Shown piece after piece: positions 57,228-64,000 of a DNA stretch of 64,000 nucleotides. Both the position numbers and the translations under genes were made by a program. Position 1 is the first letter of the stretch; each line of letters starts with the position of its first letter. Below the pieces are notes generated by a model that searched no databases, was not told the DNA's origin, and saw nothing but the letters and a program-made list of their open reading frames with translations. Origin of the DNA: Eledone cirrhosa (Eukaryota); contig OZ024743.1 in assembly GCA_964016885.1 (NCBI GenBank), positions 348,626,001 through 348,690,000 of the forward strand. Direction: 5' to 3'.

Positions 57228-57294
57228 TTTTATCTGATGAAAACACAAATATTATTGTTTGATGATGTTTGTTTTTGAAATGCGCATAATAAAA
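57228..57294 (+). ncRNA. Type I hammerhead (mirror copy 57035-57101, -)
   Basis: ttttat CTGATGA aaacacaaat...gtttgttttt GAAA tgcgca TA ataaaa. Stem III is the palindrome ATGCGCAT. Confidence 0.8.
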
Positions 57295-57326
57295 TATATT
57301 GAACTCCTTTAACCATCTTTTGATCT

Positions 57327-57399
<73 letters not shown>

Positions 57400-58151
57400 T
57401 ATATACGCATAAATACGGGTACAAATATGCTCACACACACGCATAAACGCACACGCACACAGAAATACACATATACGGCCATACATATACACACTCAGAG
57501 AAATGAACAGACACCAACGTATCATTTTTAAAGCCTTAGAAAGCCAGAGCATGTTTCTATGAGAGAGAGATTAGGTGAGAATATCAAACTAAATGCCTGC
57601 ATGTAGACGGTCGCGCCAATCATAAGACTTGTTTTGAAAAGCCCCAGTAATGTTTCCTGGCGTAGCTATATGGAAAACTTTCTAAAGCCTTATTCTCTTT
57701 TGAATATTGTTATTTCTATATATGATATGAAGGCTAAAAAAAACACTTGTTGATAGTGCAGTTTTAAATCAACATATGTTGATTTAAAACTGCACTATCA
57801 ACAAGTGTTTTTTTTAGCCTTCATATCATATATAGAAATAACAATATTCAAAAGAGAATAAGGCTTTAGAAAGTTTTCCATATAGCTACGCCAGGAAACA
57901 TTACTGGGGCTTTTCAAAACAAGTCTTATGATTGGCGCGACCGTCTACATGCAGGTATTTAGTTTGATATTCTCACCTAATCTCTCTCTCATAGAAACAT
58001 GCTCTGGCTTTCTAAGGCTTTAAAAATGATACGTTGGTGTCTGTTCATTTCTCTGAGTGTGTATATGTATGGCCGTATATGTGTATTTCTGTGTGCGTGT
58101 GCGTTTATGCGTGTGTGTGAGCATATTTGTACCCGTATTTATGCGTATATA

Positions 58152-58210
<59 letters not shown>

Positions 58211-58435
58211 AGATCAAAAGATGGTTAAAGGAGTTCAATATATTTTATTATGCGCATTTCAAAAACAAACATCATCAAACAATAATATTTGTGTTTTCAT
58301 CAGATAAAACAGGAGAACATGATATGAAGGCTAAAAAAAACACTTGTTGATAGTGCAGTTTTAAATCAACATATGTTGATTTAAAACTGCACTATCAACA
58401 AGTGTTTTTTTTAGCCTTCATATCATGTTCTCCTG

Positions 58436-58502
58436 TTTTATCTGATGAAAACACAAATATTATTGTTTGATGATGTTTGTTTTTGAAATGCGCATAATAA
58501 AA
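58436..58502 (+). ncRNA. Type I hammerhead (mirror copy 58243-58309, -)
   Basis: Appears identical to 57228-57294. Confidence 0.8.
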
Positions 58503-58628
58503 TATATTGAACTCCTTTAACCATCTTTTGATCTTATATTATGCATACTCCAGTCCCACAAACTGTAGAGTGCTTCTTATCCGATATCTGCATTGCTTTA
58601 TTGTACTACAATAAAACTCACCTCCTAC

Positions 58629-58679
<51 letters not shown>

Positions 58680-59247
58680 CTTCATTTACATATATATATA
58701 TATATATACGTATAAATACGGGTACAAATATGCTCACACACAAACATATTTACACACACGCATAAATGCATACGCCCACAGAAATACACATATACGGCCA
58801 TACATATACACACTCAGAGAAATGCACAGACACCAACGTATCATATTTAAAGCCTTAGAAAGCCAGAGCATGTTTCTATGAGAGAGAGATTAGGTGAGAA
58901 TATCAAACTAAATGCCTGCATGCAGACGGTCGCGCCAATCATAAGACTTGTTTTGAAAAGCCCCAGTAATGTTTCCTGGCGTAGCTATATGGAAAACTTT
59001 CTAAAGCCTTATTCTCTTTTGAATATTGTTATTTCTAGTGATATCATTCTATTTGACTGACTACAATCTCAGACATTTTGAGTGAACTGAGCGCAGAATT
59101 AACACTTGCTAATTATGCATATGTTTGCGTGTGTATATGTTTATATATAAATTTATAATTATCTGAAAGTTTGTGTCTTTGTAGTAGTCTTTTGATTTCA
59201 ATAGTTGTATATTTGTGTTGTATATGTTCTATATATATATATATATA

Positions 59248-59391
<144 letters not shown>

Positions 59392-59688
59392 TTTATATAT
59401 ATAGATGGAGGAAGTTATAGTTCACTTGAAGCATTGTGTAATGAGGTATAAACGTTTGTATATGTATAATACAGCCAAAACAATGCAGGTATGGACATAG
59501 AATAAAGAATGCAAATGGAAAAGATATTGTTGACAATTAGTCTTTTGCCTTAGATTTATTTAAATGTCCTTCATTTTAGAGATAATATCTCTTCTTCGGA
59601 GGGAAGTAAAGCGGTTAAACCAGTGTTCTAAATAGCTTTCCAAGGCATGATTTGGCAAGCTATATATATATATACATATATGTATGTG

Positions 59689-59759
<71 letters not shown>

Positions 59760-61135
59760 ATATACGTATAAATAAACACAGTAAATTTCGTGTCTAAAAT
59801 TACGAGGGTAGAGAATACCACAAATGTTTTAAATATTTAATCTTAAACATACAGTAGGATATAATTTTATACTGACCGTATAAAAAACATTTCATCTCTC
59901 GGACAGATTACAGATTAAAGATCACACACACGCTCACCGTAACAGTTTAACTGTCTCACCCATATGACCTTCAGTTCATGTCATCTACAGCGTCAACTAA
60001 CTAAGTGATCCCACATTAACACCATGAAGACCTCTGCACCTCATAGGTCATCTACCTTCGTCGCTCCCTATAACCATGGATACACACCCTGTGCTCCTCC
60101 CCACCATTACCGTGTCTCGTACTTACTACTACTACACACACACATGAACGCTCCCTTCCAGCTCACTTCCGTTCGGCGTGCGCCACCATATCCCCCACCT
60201 TTCATCCTGCCTCACTTCCGCTCTCTTAATAGTTCTCCAAGCTTCGCATATACGCCTTTGCTACCTCTTCTCTGAACTGGATTACACCAAATACTCCAAA
60301 ATACACACACACATACCCATACATAAACATCCACATATATACAAACACAAACACAACCACAGCTCTCAAGTTGATAAGAACATACACACAAACACACATA
60401 AACACACAAGCATCCGACACATATGTGGAAATAGGCACATGCGAAAACACGCACTCACACACATAGAAACAACAGTAAATATCATATACACAAAGATGCA
60501 CAAACCCACAGACATACCCAAACATAAACATACACACACACACAATAGCTTCCCTTACAAATAATAAAAAGTCGACAACGACAAGCGCAAACACATATAC
60601 CAGTGCGCATACATCAACTACATAAGACTCAGAGATATCGATGTCCACACACATACACACACACTCAGACTAAAGCCACACACCTCTACCAATTTCTTCC
60701 TTTCGGCACACACAGACACACGCAACCACACCCATGACAGCCCTGTATCCTCCACGTTTGCCTCCCAGGGCACCATAATATTCTTTCTCCTCCCCATAAT
60801 ATTCTCTTCCCTATAATATTTTTCACCCCAATTCCCTTTCCTAACCCTCACACTTTATGCATTCATTCACCTGTGTATTTTTGCATTGCTGTATTTGGTT
60901 TGTTTCATTTATTAACTATATATATATGGGATATTTCTATTCCAAAATATACACCATTAAATATAAAAACTGCGCGTTGAGATGTGGTGTCACAAGGACA
61001 TAATTGAATATTTTGCATTCAATATTGACTTGATTATACACGGCATCACTTGCATTCACAAGGTAGGTTGAGCTGGTTTAAGTCCGCGAAACCAATAGAT
61101 GGGAGTGGGGGGGGGGGGGGGGGGTAATAATGCTT

Positions 61136-61473
61136 CCGTGTAGAGATAAATGTTGGTCGCTCAATGTGAATCAGAATCCACTCCCTGCTCAGGTATCTTG
61201 GATTTGCGGCAAAACAAAGGTCACACATTTCGAGGACATTATCTGAGACAGCTGAGACAACGAGACGCTAGATCTGATATGGCTCCGAGCAAGACGAATG
61301 GGGGGCGCATAATTCTTATCCTCTCATGAGCCAGATCTAGCGTCTCGTTGTCTCAGCTGTCTCAGATAATGTCCTCGAAATGTGTGACCTTTGTTTTGCC
61401 GCAAATCCAAGATACCTGAGCAGCGAGTGGACTCTGAGTCACATTGAGCGACCAACATTTATCTCTACACGGA
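61136..61473. repeat. Inverted repeat, ~140-bp arms with ~54-bp spacer
   Basis: tccgtgtagagataaatgttggtcgctc...cgctagatctg / cagatctagcg...gagcgaccaacatttatctctacacgga with ~3 mismatches. Confidence 0.92.
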
Positions 61474-63484
61474 CAAAATATCACAAAATCCGACTCAGTT
61501 TATTTTGTGCTGTTGTGTAGGATTTTTTACCTACATTGTTCGATGGCCCGAATAGCTCATGTGTCGTGGTTGAAGGGGACGAAACAGCTAGAGAATACCT
61601 GATGGCACATTGTTTCTGCATCAGCACACTCAGCACACAATTGTATTTACCACATAATGCTTTTCTCTCATAACAAGTTGATATCACAGTTGTACTCCTC
61701 TATAAATATATGAATTTAAAGCTATTGTGTTTTTTTTTTTATATTCCTTTGGCTAAAATGACTCTTTCACGTTATAGCTGCACTAAATCATATCAGAGTA
61801 TAAAAAGAAAATATGTTTTAAAAGAATATGCCATACATGAAAAATATATTCTTTACATTGTAAATACATAAATAACATTTACTCTGTCAAACAATAATTC
61901 ATGAAAACGTCTGTTTCAGCAATGTTCAACTTTTCTCATTGTCGTTTACAATATCTCATTATTTTCAGTAAAAGTTTATTTCAAAATTACGTCGTGTACT
62001 AGTACTACTGAGAGTTGAATAGGAGTTGGCCCATCGCCAATTCTTTATCAGGTTTGGCCATTTATCAATAAAAGCTACTGTTAATTTATTTATTGTGCCC
62101 ATCATTAATTACGTAGTGTGGGTAAGTCGACCTTGTACACATCAGAACAACTAACAATTATCCATTAATATAACACTTAGATACCCGTTAGAATTCTGTC
62201 AGACACAATTTAAAATTGCGAGCTGATTTAAAGCAAATTCCTAAAATGTTCGGGTGATAGGCAGATATTTCAGAACTATTAGCAAGAATGTCTACCTAAG
62301 GCGAAATCTAATCACAAAATGACCCTTCTCGATTAGGTTCTTCATAACAAAGCACAGACTTTTACTAGTACTAACGAAACATTATCCTAATTAAGACCTT
62401 CGGCTAATTGCATTCTCGATTTCGACCTATGGCAGTGTTTTAGGAACGATTCCCAAATTGGTAATTAGGATTAATGTCTGTGTGTCTTTTATTTGGAATC
62501 ATTTCTAATTAGTTAAGGTTAATGGCTAATATTTCCACTCACCATTACATTTGTTCAATGAGATTTCTAATTTCTCATTTTGATTTTGGCCTATCGTTCA
62601 ATATTTGCCCGTCCATTTGTGGTCACATAATATATACAGCTTGCTAACATTCAGTGATCATCAGAGATAAGTTCTTCTATTAGATGAATGGATTCAATCT
62701 GTGGACTGCAAATCAATGCTTAATTTAAAAATAATTCTTCGTTTTTGGTTTCGCGAAAGACAGCTTTCACTGAAAGCATTTAATGAATTACATTTGAGAC
62801 ACAAGACATTTTAATTTTTAATGTGGGAGGGTTATAGTAGATTATATCAGCATCATTATATTAATAGCATTTCTTTTATTAACGTTAAGGAATGTCAGCT
62901 GAGAATAGTAAAGTACAGAACTAGGAAATTATATATCATTTTATTAGCTCTTTACAAAATCCTTATGATCATTATTTATATTTAGCTGTAATACTGCCAC
63001 AAGAAACGTGCCTTGCAATGGCGTTGCAGATCAATAGTATGCGCCAAAATATTTTACTGATGATACCTTAAGTAATCTAGTTAATCGGAGGTATTTGAAC
63101 TTGAATCATTAACGACCGGAAATATTATTACAAATCAAGCACAGATGTTTTTCGCAATTGCTAAAGTTATTAAGTTATATATCATTACCGCTGCTGTTGT
63201 TTAGTAACTGGTCAGCTCTAGTTAAGTAACAACATAAAAAGATAAATGATGCTCTATTTCTAGGATGAGTGTCCCAGTATGGTCAAACTTCGCGTGAAAT
63301 TACGTTACTCAGAATTTCACAAACCCATGTTACCAGGACGCAATTCGATGTAGAATTCAACCGGAAACACTGGCTCTTTAAATTAGGAGTACAGGGAATC
63401 CGACGAGCTTCCAAACAGTTTCCGTCTACCAAATTTCACTCATGACTCGAAGCCGTTGTAAACTATCCATGAAATTATTGTTTC

Positions 63485-63645
63485 TACGTTAGGCACAAGG
63501 CCAGCAATTACCCAGTGTATTACTGGTACTTTATTTTATCGACCCCGTAAGGATGAAAGGCAAAGTTAACCTCAGCGGGATTTGAACTCAGAATGGCAAG
63601 GGCCGTAACTCTATGCGTCAAAGCATGGCGTCTGACCCTCTACTA
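63485..63645 (-). mobile_element. SINE (Nin/Deu-like core)
   Basis: ggcacaaggccagcaattacccagtgtattactggtactttattttatcgaccccgtaaggatgaaaggcaaagttaacctcagcgggatttgaactc. Confidence 0.8.
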
Positions 63646-64000
63646 ATACTTATGCAGTGAGAACAGAAACAGAATCTGAATTTCTTAAACAAATCATTTA
63701 GCCACACTGTTTCTGCATGCTTACTTTCTCTGATGAAATTGGCCTATAACTACATACATTTCAGCTTCTACCTTCCCACCTGTGTGTATCTGATAGTTTA
63801 TGCTGTTAAATACGTTTTAAGAAAGGAGTAGGCGATCTTAATGAAAGTCAATTGAGATTTTTAAAACGTCGAGCAGCTTCATGCAGACCCACATGTAATA
63901 TGGGTTAAAAGAGAAACAAAAGTCAGTATTTTACTATATTTAATTTCGTGTCGTATTGATTTCACCACAAACGTATTAAGCTAAGAGCCCTCTGAGAAAA

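Larger units (their letters stand above)
56395..59233. repeat. Nested multi-centre palindrome built around fold-back mini-element family D
   Basis: Spacerless centres (caacat|atgttg) at 57164/5, 57775/6 and 58372/3. Outer arms 56395-56915 / ~58700-59233. Tail at 58541-58631. Confidence 0.92.

Noticed and set aside
61481-61700. Possible minus-strand exon (68-aa ORF)
   Set aside because: No recognisable domain, weak splice signals and no partner exons.

Overview
AT-rich, microsatellite-dense eukaryotic DNA with no supportable host protein-coding gene. The SINE types and (TA)n/(CA)n density suggest an octopod cephalopod, which is an inference. Nearly all listed ORFs are microsatellite read-throughs. 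The window is dominated by Penelope-like retroelements (PLEs): a near-full-length Neptune-type element (14.3-18.6 kb, RT + GIY-YIG), an RT-deleted Naiad-type element (39.0-42.2 kb) and two decayed PLEs. There are also more than 15 short PLE-terminus-like mini-elements from at least seven sequence families, most sitting in (TA)n tracts and many forming fold-back palindromes. I can hand-fold about 20 complete or partial hammerhead ribozyme (HHR) motifs on both strands. The most notable observations are: (1) a three-copy family with all hammerhead core motifs in a non-canonical, pseudoknot-like order and compensatory stem changes; (2) a shared (T/C)ACTC...GAGT(A/G)C tail hairpin across unrelated families, placed a few nt past the point where each inverted arm ends; (3) a 2.8 kb nested palindrome carrying four HHRs. 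Other content includes R4-clade and L1/Tx1-clade LINE relics, SINEs, a Helitron, MITEs and a 200-N gap. All folds and alignments were done by eye, so boundaries are approximate.
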